Assembly (NCBI GenBank): GCA_964016885.1
Contig: OZ024740.1
Location: 101,246,001-101,310,000 of the forward strand
Reading direction: 5' to 3'
Length of the DNA: 64,000 bases
DNA from: Eledone cirrhosa
Taxonomy: Eukaryota
The position numbers were made by a program, and so were the translations under genes. The notes below the pieces were generated by a model. That model had not been told where the DNA came from. It saw only the letters and a program-made list of their open reading frames with translations, and did no database searches. The stretch's first letter is position 1. Every line of letters begins with the position of its first letter. Below are positions 1 to 13,930 of the stretch, in pieces.

Positions 1-230
1 TTCATATGCATCAGTTGTCCATACCAATGCAATCTCCTCTTTTGTATACTGAATTTGATCCTTCTTATTCCTAGTTTTGCTCTCAGTTCGTTTATGCTTT
101 GCCATTCATGTATATTACTATTACACATCCATCGAAGCATGCAGGCTTCATTTATTTCCAATCTTCACAGGTCCCTGCACACAGTTCCCAAGTCTCACTA
201 CCATACAACATTGCCGTTTGTATACATGCA
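1..230 (-). mobile_element. Decayed RTE LINE fragment (post-RT C-terminal region)
   Basis: Minus strand encodes a degraded GSETW...[15 protein letters not shown], homologous to the RTE copies at 15381-15779 and 22081-22461. Confidence 0.85.
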
Positions 231-254
231 TCATATATATATATATATATATGT

Positions 255-480
255 GAAGGCACATGGCTTACTGGTGAGAGCATTGGGATGGCAATCATGA
301 GGTTGCAAGTTCAATTCCCAGACTGAGTGATGCATTGTGTCCTTGAGCAGGACACTTTATTTCACATTCCTCCAGTTTGCTCAGCTGTAGGAATGAGTTG
401 TGACATCACTGGTGCCAAGCTGTATCGGCCTTTGCCTTTCCCTTGGATAACATCGATGATGTATAGAGAGGAGACACGTA
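255..480 (+). mobile_element. tRNA-derived CORE-like SINE (diverged)
   Basis: A-box-like TGGCTTACTGG, B-box-like GTTCAATTCC, then tgtgtccttgagcaggacactt...cagtttgctcagctgtaggaatgag; head matches the SINE at 61857-62193. Confidence 0.8.
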
Positions 481-1205
481 TGCATAGCTGGATTTATAGC
501 TAGGATGGGACCTTCTTAGGTGCAAATCACATCGTCATTCGTGACCAAAAGTGGTCTTTACCCTATACATACACAAATATGTTGGGATAACAATAACACA
601 ACACACCTGAATTCTTGTTTTAAGTGACAAATGACATTTCTTATGTTGGGATAATTTTGAGGGAAAAGTGCTGGCTTTTCTAAAATGTTGAATGTTATTA
701 CTATCAATTCTTGCATTTGGAGTAATCATAAAGCCAATGTTACAATATGAAGTAATAGTCTTGGCTGGGTTATTATTGCGGTTTATAATAGAGCTTGACT
801 ATAATGCATTTGGTCTAAGCTGATGAAGTTTGATTTTCTTTTTTTTTAATACTAGTTGTTAGAACAAAAGCCTTGTGAATTTTATTTACAAGTCATGTAT
901 TTCTTTCAAAGCATAAAAACAATTTCTTAATCATATGAAAAATATAGCACATTTATCAATTCAAGCCTAGTTTTAGTCTTGGAATTTAACATTTCTGTAG
1001 TGAACATACCGTCACTGGAATAAGACTGGACATTTTCACTACAATCACAATCATAAAATGTATATTTAAGCATTTGAAGAAGAATATATATAATACAGAA
1101 GCAAGGGTATAACCTTTTTTAGTTCCATTCAAAACATAGACCGTTAGAAATTACAGTTGACATTATGAAAAATGATGTTTTTCATCTCATCGGGCGTGTT
1201 TCTAT

Positions 1206-1429
1206 TTAACACTTTAGCATATAAACTGGCCATATGCGGCCAAAATTCTCTCACGTATTTCTGTTCAAACCAGCTGTAACCGGCTGCTCATACTGATGCT
1301 AAGTTATTGTTCTCAAAATATATAATATCAAAATCTCATAGATTTGATGTGAGATAAGTATGTGAGGTAAAGCCTTTACTACAAAAAAGTAATTGTAGAT
1401 AAAGAATAATGTAAATGCTAAAATATTAA
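1206..1429. mobile_element. Decayed TTAA-flanked MITE (piggyBac-like)
   Basis: ttaa-cactttagcat ... atgctaaaata-ttaa imperfect terminal inverted repeat; same architecture as 23425-23675. Confidence 0.55.
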
Positions 1430-1499
1430 TAGAACTTTCTACAATTTACCTGGGCGCAATATCATAGACTTTAGTAAGATTGATAAAAATTATGCACAG

Positions 1500-2290
1500 T
1501 TCCACATCATGTACTCAAGCTTTATCCTGAACTTGCTCTATTTCAAAAGTTATGTTTTTGCAAACTAGAGCAAGAGATTTCTCCGAATAACCTAATGGCC
1601 AATATAAACAGTGATGTCTTTAAACTTCCCTGATGGAGCTGAACATGTTTCTGTAGAAAATATTAGTCATGTGATCAATAGCTGCCAAAGATGTCATTAA
1701 CGTATATCTTCCAATATGACATAATGTTGAAACAATATGCAATATCATACTTAAGAAAGACTGTTTAGGGATAGATATAGGGAATAGCCCTGGTATATAA
1801 TATATACGTACATCATCAACCTAAGGAATATTGGTGGAGCATTGTCATCACAACATATGCCAATTTCAAATACAACAAGCCTGATATAGTTGTTTGGGAG
1901 AGGAAAAAATTATATACAGCAACAGAGGTCAGCTGCCCGGGAGATGTAAACATTTCTGTCGAAATCAATGAGAATGAGAATATTTATGGACAACTACCCA
2001 GTTTATAGATTCAAATTTATACCTATGATTATTAGTGCACTCTGCTATAATAGCAAATGCCTAACTGGCAATCTCAAAAAGTTGTTTTCTTTTTTTCTTA
2101 CGGCAATGAAAGAGACCATCTAATATGCACTTTGCAAATAAAATCTGTAAGCAGAAGAGTAAAAATATACTAGATTTTTTAAAATTTCAACGTGTAGTAC
2201 TTATTGTTTTTGTTCCAGTGACAGAGCTTTGATGCTTTGTTAGAAACCATTTCCTTCCCTATAGGAAATATTCAAATAATTAAAAAAGAA
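1500..2290 (+). pseudogene. Decayed 3' end of an RLE-type non-LTR retrotransposon (R4/NeSL-like): zinc-knuckle remnant plus restriction-like endonuclease
   Basis: Manual translation from 1811: KEYWWSIVITTYANFKYNKPDIVVWERKKLYTATEVSCPGDVNIS, then after a frameshift FKFIPMIISALCY..KCL; upstream ENISHVINSC remnant; stops and frameshifts throughout. Confidence 0.75.
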
Positions 2291-2829
2291 AGATAAGTTA
2301 TACACATGCCTACATAAATTCACTCAAATATATAGAGATATAACACACATATATATATAAACCAAGATACATACATACGTATGTACACTCACATACTCAC
2401 ATACACACATACACACATACAAAGGGGGTAAAGATTTCAAAAGAATGTTTGAAATGCTCATTTGTAACGAAGAATAGGGAAATGGTACTATAGTATTTAC
2501 AAAAAAAGGAGTCTTGTAAACATGTATAGATAGATGTTATAGCTTTTGATTGTAGAAGGAACTAAATTTAGAGGGAATATAATAACATTAAATGATTCCC
2601 CTCTCCTACTCAGGGTTTTTCTTGACACATACAGAGTGGGAATGAATGGGGTAAAGTATGTGGAGGGAAGGTGGGAGTATCAGTGAGAAAAGAATAAATT
2701 TATGCATTGTAATTGCTTTGAAAGGCATTACCACAACCACCACTACATGAAAAGAAATCAACAACAAAAACACACCAACAACAAGCATTTAATGATGTAC
2801 ATACATGCACAGAAACAAAGCGAAAAATT

Positions 2830-3206
2830 ATATTACAGATAAATTATACACATACATAGACATACATATGTATATACATACACACGCATAGATATATATG
2901 TATATAAGTACATATATACAGAGATACACACACCACATATGTACATATATATATATATATATACATATGTATATATATATACACACATACATATGTATAT
3001 ATATATATATACACACGCATACATATATATATATATCAGTACATACATACAGAGATACACACACACATATGTACATATATATATATACATATACATATGT
3101 ATATATATACACACATACATATGTATATATACACACATACATATGTATATATATACACACTCATATATATATATATATATATATATAAGTACATACATAC
3201 AGAGAT

Positions 3207-3298
<92 letters not shown>

Positions 3299-3345
3299 AT
3301 CTCTGTATGTATGTACTTATATATATATATATATATATATATACA
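2830..3345. repeat. (TA)n/(CA)n compound microsatellite with internal palindrome
   Basis: Direct inspection; inverted motif aagtacatacatacagagatacac / gtgtatctctgtatgtatgtactt at 3187-3318. Confidence 0.9.
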
Positions 3346-3937
3346 GAGATGAATAGATATAGATACACATACATAAATGCTTAAGTTTAAAGCAGGAGGA
3401 AATGAATGTGAGAAAACAAAACCATCAAAGGTAGTTGATGTCAATTATAGTGCAATATAAAGCTCCATACATGTTCATATATAGATACATACACACACAT
3501 ACACACACACATACAGGTATACCAACTCATACATAAACATATATATTGTTATGCACACAGATATACACATCTATATGCATGAATCTAGCGCATTTTAAAA
3601 ATATCAGCGTTCAAACGCTAAGGAAAAGTATATTTAATATATATAAACATACAAGTATGTATTTTATATATATGTATGTATTTTATATATATGTATGTAT
3701 TTTATATACATGTATATATTTATATACATCTATATATTTATATACATGTATATATTTATATACATGTATATATTTATATACGTGTATATATTTATATACG
3801 TGTATATATTTATATACGTGTATATATATTTATATACATGTGTATATATGTATGTATTTATATATATGTATGTATATGTTTGTATGTATTTATATACAAA
3901 TCTATGTATATATATGTGTGTGCATGTATATATGCAC

Positions 3938-5390
3938 ATCACCTGTCAACTATCGTCCAGTCAGTCTTACTAGCTATTGCCCAACTGATGGAATCCTGTG
4001 TCAGAGAAACACTTCTTTGGAACTTCTGGAGCTCTCACAGCCTCATCCAGCCCTTGCAATCTGGATTTATCCCTAACTCCAGCTGCTGTGATCAGCTTAT
4101 CGAGTTCCTTGAAGACATTACCTGGATCACTGACAGCGGCTCATGGGTGGATGTTGTTTACCTTGACTTTGCTAAGGCTTTTAATTCTGTGCCACACAAA
4201 TGACTTATGGCGAAACTCTCTGCAATGGGTGTGAGGGATGATCTTTTCGACTGGTTGAAATCCTTCATTCTCAGCCGAAAAGCGGTAGTCATGGTTCTAG
4301 AACAGCATTCTTCACCATATGAGATGTCATCTGGTGTACCACAGGGATCTGTTCTTGGTCCCCTTTTGTTTATTGCATACATTAATGACATAGATGCCAA
4401 CTTAAAGAATGCCACAGTACTGAAATATGCAGATGACATCAAGCTGTACCTTGAAATCAAAAGGACAGATCCTGAAATCTATAACACTTTCCTACAATCA
4501 GACCTGGACACAATGCAGCTATGGATCACAGACTGGCAACTGAAGCTGGCTGTGGACAAGTGTACCACCATGCATTTTGGGAGGAAAAATCCAGCGTCCA
4601 CATACTCCCTCCACAAAACTGATATCAAGAAGTCCTCTTGTGAACGTGACCTGGGCATTACTGTTAGCAGCAATTTACGTTGGACAAACCACATCTCTAA
4701 AATTGTGAAGAAGGCCGAGGGTGTCTTGGCATCACTCAGCAAGACCTTTGTTAGCCGCTCTCCAGCCATCTACTTAAAGCTGTATACAGCTAAGGTACGA
4801 CCACACTTGGAATTCGCATCATCTGTCTGGAACCCCTATCTTGCTCAAAACATTGACCTCCTGGAAACTGTTCAGAGACCTACAACCAAGCGCATACCTT
4901 CAATACTCTGAACAGACACCTACAATACTCTGAACACCTTGCTTCCCTGGGAATGGATTCATTGAAGCTCCAACGTCTGGCAATGGACTTGGTAAACACC
5001 CACAAAGTTATTAACCATCTCACCAACAACAACCCAAGCACCTTTTTGATCTCCATGTGTCTAACACACGTGGACATGCCTACAAAGTCAGAAAACAGCA
5101 CAGCTCCCATGACTTTCGGAAACATTTTTTCATACTTAGAGATGCTGAAGCATGGAACAAACTGCCTGCGTCAGTTGTTAGCTCCCGGGACACTGCATCC
5201 TTTAAAACCCTCATGCTTCCCAAAATTCGCCAAAACTACACCTGATGTCCCCCTTCCATACGCATGCACATATGTGTATATCATGACTCATGCACAGTTC
5301 ATTTTCCTGACGTTTGTACGTTACCCTATGTACTATACATAGACTTTTAATGAGTTGAGGTGCACAATATTTTCATTATTATTATTATTA
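3938..5390 (+). mobile_element. 5'-truncated CR1-like LINE (RT, C-terminus, 3' UTR), disrupted
   Basis: [83 protein letters not shown]...RKHFF; ends in (ATT)n; TA tracts on both sides. Confidence 0.93.
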
Positions 5391-5395
5391 TATAT

Positions 5396-5456
<61 letters not shown>

Positions 5457-5605
5457 TCTCTATATATATATATACATACAGATCTCTCTATATATATATA
5501 TACATACAGATCTATATATATATATACATACAGATCTATATATATATACATACAGATCTATGTATATATTTGTATGTATATATATATATACAAATCTCTA
5601 TATAT

Positions 5606-5843
5606 ATTTATTTCACATTGCTCCAGTTTACTCAACTGTAGAAATGAGATGATAGGACTGGGGTCCCTATCATTCCACTGCAAAGTGGTCGTGGAGGTGC
5701 CACGGCATAAAAGCACCCAGCACTCACTGTAAATGAGGTTGGTGTTAGGAAGGGCATCCAGCTGTAGAAATCAAGCCAGAATCAGTTCCTGTCCCACCCT
5801 TGCAAGCAGGGAAAAGTGGACGTAAAATGATGATGATGATGAT
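5606..5843 (+). mobile_element. 5'-truncated CORE-like SINE with RTE-type tail
   Basis: Near-identical to the 3' part of 61857-62193; ends ggacgtaaaa(tga)n. Confidence 0.9.
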
Positions 5844-5858
5844 ATGTATATATTTTTA

Positions 5859-6201
5859 TGGCCCGTGCTATCCGGCCATGACAAGTATCTCACTCACATC
5901 ACATAACAACAATACGGTACAATTGTTTCACCTCAATTGGCCCTGCACTCTTTAACATTACACCAAAACACATCAAAGCAGAAACAGACACCATCAAATT
6001 CAAGAAGTCATTGAGTAAATTCCTTCAAGAAATCCTGGATAAGCCTCCTACACCCAGATATGCCTCCGTAAACAATAACCCTCTGCTCGAGTGGGCCATG
6101 GTGACCAAACACTGATTTGTAAGACTTTGCCAGGTGGTGCTATTAACTTAGACATGGCCTGTGCCAATACTGGCCAAAACTTATCAAAGTTATAAAGTTA
6201 T
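5859..6201 (+). mobile_element. 3' fragment of CR1-like LINE family 2
   Basis: FTSIGPALFNITPKHIK...ILDKPPTPRYASVNNNPLLEW; 3' UTR ggtggtgctattaa...ggccaaaac and aaagttat tail homologous to 37697-38040 (minus). Confidence 0.88.
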
Positions 6202-6250
6202 ATATACAAATCTATATATATATGTATGCATATATATATATATATATATA

Positions 6251-6543
<293 letters not shown>

Positions 6544-6827
6544 TATATATATATAAATACAAATATTTATATATACAAATCTATGTATATATATATGTAT
6601 CATAATTGAATATAAAAGAGAGATAAACACAGACATATACATATATGTTTTCAAATCATAAGAGAACAGATTCGCTAAGGTGAAAAAATACTAACTATCG
6701 GCAATAGGCTTTGCTAGACTCAATTTAAGAATAAATCAAGAAAATAAATACAAACCGGGATTGTGGTATACCTTGTATATATATGTATAAATATATTTAT
6801 ATATATATATATACAAATCTATGAATC

Positions 6828-7920
6828 TAGAAAACAGGAAAAAGAACATAGATCCCCACAGGGAAATGGCCTTGCTCAGTATGTAGGAAAGGTGTAGGTA
6901 AGAACTCCATTTTCTGCCCCAAATGCAAACAATGGGTATGCAAGAGATGTAGTGGGATCTCAGGAAGCTTAACTAAGAATGTAGGCTTCACATGTAGCAG
7001 CTGTGCTGGGACAGCAAGCAGCAAACAGCCACAGGAAACAAGTACCAGCAAACTCTGGGAGGGCTCTGTAGAAACAGTAGACAGCTTTTGCTACCTAGGT
7101 GACCGAATTAGCAGTGGAGGTAGGTTTTCAGAAAGGACAATAACTAGGGTAAGAACAGGATGGAAGAATTTCAGGGAGCCACTGCTAGCTGCAAAAGGCT
7201 TTTCCCTCAGAATGAAAGGCAGACTGTATGATGGGTGTATACGAACAGCAATGTTACATGGTAGTGAGACCTAAGCGATGTCTGTGGAAGACTTGCGTAG
7301 ATTAGAAGGAAACGAAGCCTGCATGCTCCGATGGATGTGTAATAGTAATATACGCGAACGGCATAGCATAAATGAATAGAGATAGAGACTGAGCATAAGA
7401 GGAATCAAATGTTGTGTGCAGGAGAGGCGGTTGCGTTGGTATGGACATGTGATGCGTATGAAGGATAACAGCTGCATAAAAAGGTGCAGAGCACTAGAAG
7501 TCGATGGAAACAGCGGAGTGGGGAGACCCAAGAAGACCTGGGATGGGGTGATAAAAGCCGACCTTACCCAATTACACCTCTCAAAGGCGATGACACACGA
7601 CTTTGACCTCTGGCGTTACGCAGTAATACAGAAGATCCAAACTCCCACGTGTACAAGCCGAAGCTGAAGCATATAGACAATGTGCCCCCACACCCTCCCA
7701 CTGCAAAATGGTTGTGGAGGTGCCACGGCAAAAAAGCACCCAGCCCACAGTGTAAATGAGGTTGGTGTTAGGAAGGGCATCCAGCTTTAGAAATCAAGCC
7801 AAAATCAGTTCCCGTATGAGCAAGACAAGGTCAGCCGACCGGACACTGCTCACAACAGGACAACCCGTCTAACCCATGCTAGCGTGGAAGAACGGACGTA
7901 AAACGGTGATGATGATGATG
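6828..7920 (+). mobile_element. 5'-truncated RTE LINE (subfamily B), decayed
   Basis: GKWPCSVCRKGVG..CPKCKQWV..RC, DSFCYLGD, MLHGSET, RRLRWYGHVMRM, GRPKKTW; 3' UTR ends ggacgtaaaacgg(tga)n. Confidence 0.93.
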
Positions 7921-7938
7921 TATATCTTTGCATATATT

Positions 7939-7974
<36 letters not shown>

Positions 7975-7985
7975 CACCTATATAG

Positions 7986-8045
7986 AAGTGGTTACACAAC
8001 ATAAGATAATTATTTCATTTACCAGTGGTTTCTTGAAAGCAGATG
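7986..8045 (-). ncRNA. 3' half of a hammerhead ribozyme (pLTR remnant)
   Basis: Minus strand gctttcaa-GAAA-ccactgg-TA-aatg, same family as 62428-62486; no CUGANGA half found. Confidence 0.55.
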
Positions 8046-8662
8046 TTGAATTATTTAATTGAGTTGGAATTATTTTCCCATATCTTACGTTAAATATTTT
8101 CCATTTTGACGTTATAGTCACTTATATATTATGAAATACTGTTGGCTTCTTGCTCACATTAATTTCTCTATTTTCATATATATATATATATATACACACA
8201 TACATATACACACATACACATATACATGCATATATACCTATACACACATATATAAAGACACATACATCTATATGTGTATATATATATATAAAATAAATTT
8301 ACGTACACATACACATACATATGCATGCATATATATATATATATATACACACACACATACACATATATATATATATATAAACATACACACATACATACAT
8401 ATATACACACATCCACATACATACACATATAAAAAAACCTACAATAAATTAGAAGGATGAATCTCAATGATACATAACCTACGTACATACGTTCACATAC
8501 GCGTGCGCACACACGCACGCAATAAGATAAACAAATACGTAATCCTATACACACATAATTACACGTATAGACATACACACATATATATGAATATACATAT
8601 AAACATATATATATATATATATATACATATATATACATATATATATACATATATATACAAAC

Positions 8663-8703
<41 letters not shown>

Positions 8704-9188
8704 CACACACACACACACATAAAAAATAAATAAAAACACGTATATATGTATGTGCACATAAGCTTGTCTGCATATGCGCCCACATACAACCCTATGTGAG
8801 TACATTTAAAAACCTAGTGGGTAAGTAAGGACAAAATGGGAGTAAAACTGAAATAAAATAATAAAAACAATTATTAAGAACAAGGGAGAAAAGGGGTGTA
8901 AAAGTTGTAGTAGAGAGTTAGTGTTTGTGATGAGATCTGGATAAGGGTATAGAGTTAAAAAGTGATTTGGGTAAAAGATAAAGAGGGTGGGTGTGTATGT
9001 GTTAAAGGTAGGTAGAAAGTAGGGGGAGGGGAATTATAAGTCAAATGAAAAAAAAAAAAATAAAGAAAAAAAATATATAAAGAAATATATAGAAAGAGAT
9101 GAGGGAGAAAAAGTATATATTGGTACAAAGTATGTGTTCATAAGGTAAAGATGGTAGTGAGTGGAAGGCGTGATGATTAAAGAAGAAG

Positions 9189-10125
9189 CTCAAGGTGGCT
9201 GAGTAATCGTTGGTATGTTAATCCAGTTAAAAAGTAGATGCGATTTCAGGTGCGGACAACATCTAAAGATCTCGGTCTTAGAGTTGAGACAAGTGGGAGA
9301 CATTTTAAAGTTTTGGAGAATCCTAAATTTTTCCGTAGTACACAAAGAACATTTGGTATTCTCTTGAATGGTCTAAAATAGACCAATCAATAGTGTATGG
9401 AATGTTTTTGCCTTTAAACTCCCACACTTTATTTGCCAGCGCCGTTGCTGTTCTTTTTTCAGGGTATTTGAAAGAAGCGACATGTGCATAATACTTGGTT
9501 TTAAATCTGTCCTGAGCCATGCCCTCATATCGTTCACTCCTGGCTGGCTGGTTATTAATCATCGGTGTCAATTTGGCCTCATACACAATGGATTTAGTAT
9601 TACATTTACCCTGTAATGGGTATTCTTCCGGCTTCCTGCAACTGCATCCTGGATTTACTCTAGTGCCATTAGAGTTGGTAATTTTAGTTTTCATTGATGG
9701 GCAGCAAGAGTAACTGATTTTAACTACATTTCTATTAAATATCTTATATCTATGATTAGGGGGAAAATGTTTGTCTAGGAGGTCAAGAAATGTTCTTCCT
9801 ACATTAGTTTTAACAAATAATTGTTCTTTTCCTGTTATTGAGTTTAGTGTTAGAAAGAGGAGTAGGTAAATATTTAATTTGTTCGGTGAAGCCGCTGTTA
9901 TTGAGGGCCTTATTAAAAATGTCTATAAACGAAGATAAGGTAGAAATCCTACGGTTAATGTTAGGAATAAGATTTTTAAAGACTATAGGGGGATGGTAAG
10001 ACCCTTTTGTGTATATATCTTAAATTTTCATTAGGTTTATGATAAGGTTTAAAAGAGGCAGTAAGTAGGTCAAGATTGATATCAAGAAAGTTAGTATTAG
10101 TAAGATTCGTATCTATAGTAATTTT
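9189..10125 (-). mobile_element. Penelope-like element, RT C-terminus plus GIY-YIG-type endonuclease (Nematis-like by inference), decayed
   Basis: NFLDINLDL..FKPYHKPNENLRYIH..HPP, GCSCRK..PLQGKC, SIVYEA, YEGM..RFKTKYYAH..SF, TALANKVWEFK, CSLCTTEK, CLNSKTEIFRCCPH; purine-rich flank 8800-9190 is probably the 3' UTR. Confidence 0.88.
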
Positions 10126-10310
10126 ATATTATATATAGACATATATATGTATATATTTATATATATATGTATATATTTATATATATATATATATATTTAT
10201 TAAAATAACAGATTAAAGTTTAAGCAAAGAATCGCTTATATATATATAGACATGTATATGTATATATATATAGACATGTATATGTATATATATATATATA
10301 TATAGACATG

Positions 10311-10374
<64 letters not shown>

Positions 10375-11606
10375 TGTATATGTATATATGTATATATATG
10401 TATATATAGAGAGAGACATGTATACGTATATATTTATATATATATATATAGACATATATATGTATATATTTATATATTTATATATATTTGTATATATATA
10501 TAGAGAGACATATATATGTATATATTTATATACATATGTATATATATAGAGAGAGACATATATATGTATATATTTATATACATATGTATATATATATATA
10601 GAGAGAGGCATATATATGCATATATTTATATACATATATATATATGTATATGTATAGACATATATATGTATATATATGTATAGACATGTCCAGTTGTTCA
10701 GTAGGCCTGAAGAACAAAAACATTTAATGGTATAACCAGGTGTTTAGAGTACTGGCTTAAGCAGTGGAAGAGAGAGTGAAGAGAATTAACAATGGTGAGA
10801 AACTGTAAGTGATGTAGAAGAGAACGATAAACTTCTGTAAAGAACAACACTGCAAGACTATAAGGGAACTGAGAAAAAAGTTGAGTTTAAGCGGATTTAA
10901 ATGTATTGTGCAAGAGAGACATTTGCAGTGGTGTATGTTTGTGATGTACAAGGAGAGATAAAGTTGTACTAAACAGTTTCAAGCTCTTGAATTGGATAGA
11001 ATTTGTAGAAAAGTCAGACAACGAAAGAAAGGACAAAGTTGTGAAAAATTACATCAACTAACTGAGTCTCACCAAGGAGATGATATGAGTTAACCGAGTG
11101 CTGATATGCCATATTACAAAATATCTGTTTACCAATATAAGCACTGCAACTTTAAAGGTAAACATAGTAAAAAAAAATCAAAGATACAGTGTTTGGCAAT
11201 CTAAGAAAATAAATATAGGGTTGGAGAAGATTGTTGAGTTGTACAAGTTTGTGAAAACCTCTTCTAGTGCTGGGAACACAATAAAATTCAATGAATGCAC
11301 TATAGTGTTAGGAAGGGTAGTAACCACTTATAGAAACCATGCTAAATATGAAAAAATGAGGTCACTCCAACCCATTTGGTCTCTGACTGTCACAGCCCAT
11401 CCATCACATACCAAGCAGTTGTAAAGTTACATATATATATATGAGAGAGAGTGAGAGTGTCCCTACATGTCATAAATGGTAATTAAAAGTTGGTACTAAG
11501 AAGGGTATCCAGTTGAAAAATATTGCCTCAAAAAAGACTTAATGATGAGTATACATTTTTTCAATGTATTGACTACTCTCTATCATTATTTAACATTCTT
11601 TAACAT

Positions 11607-11798
11607 TTGGCGGTGGATTGGCAGTATCGGTAGAGGGTCGGACGCCATGCTTTCCAGCATAGTTACGTCCCTTTACGATCTGAATTCAAATCCCGCCGAG
11701 GTTGACTTTGCCTTTCATCCTTATGGGGTCCATAAAATAAAGTACCAGTAATGCACTGGGTAATTACTGGCCTTGTGCCAAAAGTAGAAACAATTATT
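11607..11798 (+). mobile_element. tRNA-derived SINE family 2 (Meta-domain-like core)
   Basis: Head tggcagtatcggtaga, B-box-like aattcaaatcc, core gccgaggttgactttgcctttcatcc..ggggtc.ataaaataaagtaccag; other copies at 25345, 32402 and 32636. Confidence 0.85.
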
Positions 11799-13599
11799 TA
11801 ACATTCTCTCTCATTCATGTAATTTAGTTGGCAGCTATCATGCCCATTGCCCCACATCCCAGTTGCTAACTATCACTGGTTCTTATTTTACTGTTGTCTC
11901 TTCAGCTTTCTCATGCTGAGATCTATTCAAACTCCTAGCAAACAACCATTAATTACATAACTATTACTTGTTATTTTTTCAGTTGCGTTTTCCTTCTCCT
12001 TAGCATTCCACCACTCTGTTCACCCCATAATATTTGTTTCATATCTCTCTTTCCCTTTCTTAGTTGTCATTCCCCTTTTATTCTGTCTCTTAATCATGTT
12101 TGCTTTGAAAGAAAGAGACTCATTAGTCTTGCAAAGGATATGGCAATGTCTTTAGTGTTAGTGTCAAAATAAAATATACTCTGTATATTTTGTTAAGTAG
12201 TTGATGATTTAATGATTGAACTGCAACAACATGGGGTAGAGAGGAATCTTCTTCCACCAAGGACATCACAACCTCCCTAGTACTAGTGCCACAATAAAAT
12301 ACTCTTAGTACCCTCTGCAAAATGATTAGCGCTAAGAAAGATATCTAGCAATAGTAACCCTCCCCCAAAATGGAACATATGAGTGAGACTGGGTCTCCTA
12401 ACCCCTTTAGGAAGACAATAACTCTAATTAAATGTTGACTTGGACCATGGCAGCATTCAACCTATGGATAAATGAACATGAAATGATGATGATGATATAA
12501 TATGAACATTTTTATTTGTGTTGCTATTATTATTATAACTGACTTATTAGTTTATTGAAAGGTAGTGAAGCATGAGAGAACATTTTGGAAAAGAAATAAA
12601 GTTGAAAGTAAGAACAACAACATTAAATAAAACAGTCAACTTAAAGAAAAGAAATGTATTTTCAGGTTCAAAATGAGAAACGAAATACAAGAACAACACT
12701 AATAAGCCAATCTGTATAGAAAGTAGGAAGTGTATTCAACTACAAAGGAAAGCATGAATGGAGAATAGTTTTAAATTATTCAATACAAGTATTCTTTACT
12801 AACATCAATACACACACACACACACACACACACGTGTGTGTGTGTGAACAAATTTGTATGTGGGTTTGTGTGCACTTTCTCTTTGTCTCAAACAAACCCA
12901 CATATGTATTTACACATATATGTATATAAATATATATATTTATACTGTATGAAGGTTAATTTGTCTGAATATAAGTATATGTATATGTAGCTGTGCATTT
13001 GAAAACGCTCGTTTCACAGCTTTTTCGCATCTTCAGTGTGTATCCTGGTCTTAGGACAAGTACACCATCTTCCTGCATGTTGTAAGGGGCATTTGGTCGT
13101 ACATATAATACTCTCTCAAATGGTCCCATCCAGTCTGTGCCAGCATGAGAAAATAGATGTCAAAATGAGAATGGGGATGTGATATATCAACATGTCTTTT
13201 ATTCTATATTATTTTACTGGTTTCAATCACTTCGCTGTGACCATTCTGACAACACTTTCAAGGTTTTTAGTTAATCATATTGACCCTATCATTTATTACA
13301 GTCTGGTACTTATTTCATGAATTTCTGTTTACTGAATTGCTTTACTTTTTGACACCAAGGAATGCAACTTCATATACACAAACATATACACACACCATCA
13401 TTTTTTTAACATCTGTTTTCCATCTGCTTAATAGTAAAGTGAGATCTAGCATACTTGATGTATTATTAGTAAGCCAAGAAATTTTAATCAATTACAATAA
13501 TTGAATATGGACTATCATTATATATCTGTCGTTTTTTTTTTATGCTTGTACGAGTTATATCCAGCACTGTCACCCTATTTGTTGCAGTCTGTCATCACT

Positions 13600-13930
13600 T
13601 CGTTTGTAAGGCTCAACTTTCTGGGAACGGCATTTACTACTACTTCACATATTTTTTTCATTTCAAGACTCCACATTCTAGGATCAACTTTCATTGTTAT
13701 ATCTCATGTCTTCCATTGTAAAGTTCAATCTTCTGGGACCAACTCTCACCACTTCTTCTTATGTGTTACTTTGTGAGGCTTAACTGTCTAGGATCAACTT
13801 TCTTCACTTCTTGTGTTTCTTTATGAGGTTCAACCATCCAGGATTAACTTTCACCACTTCTTCCTATGTGTTTGTTTGTGAGGCTCAACCGTCTGGGATC
13901 AACTTTCACCAATTCTTCCCAAGTGTTCAT
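13600..13930. repeat. Degenerate minisatellite, about six units of 50-55 bp
   Basis: Repeated aggctcaac..tctgggatcaactttcaccacttctt..tgtgtt..ttgtg. Confidence 0.8.

Noticed and set aside
815-870. CTGATGA hammerhead core
   Set aside because: No stem II or GAAA/NUH partner found
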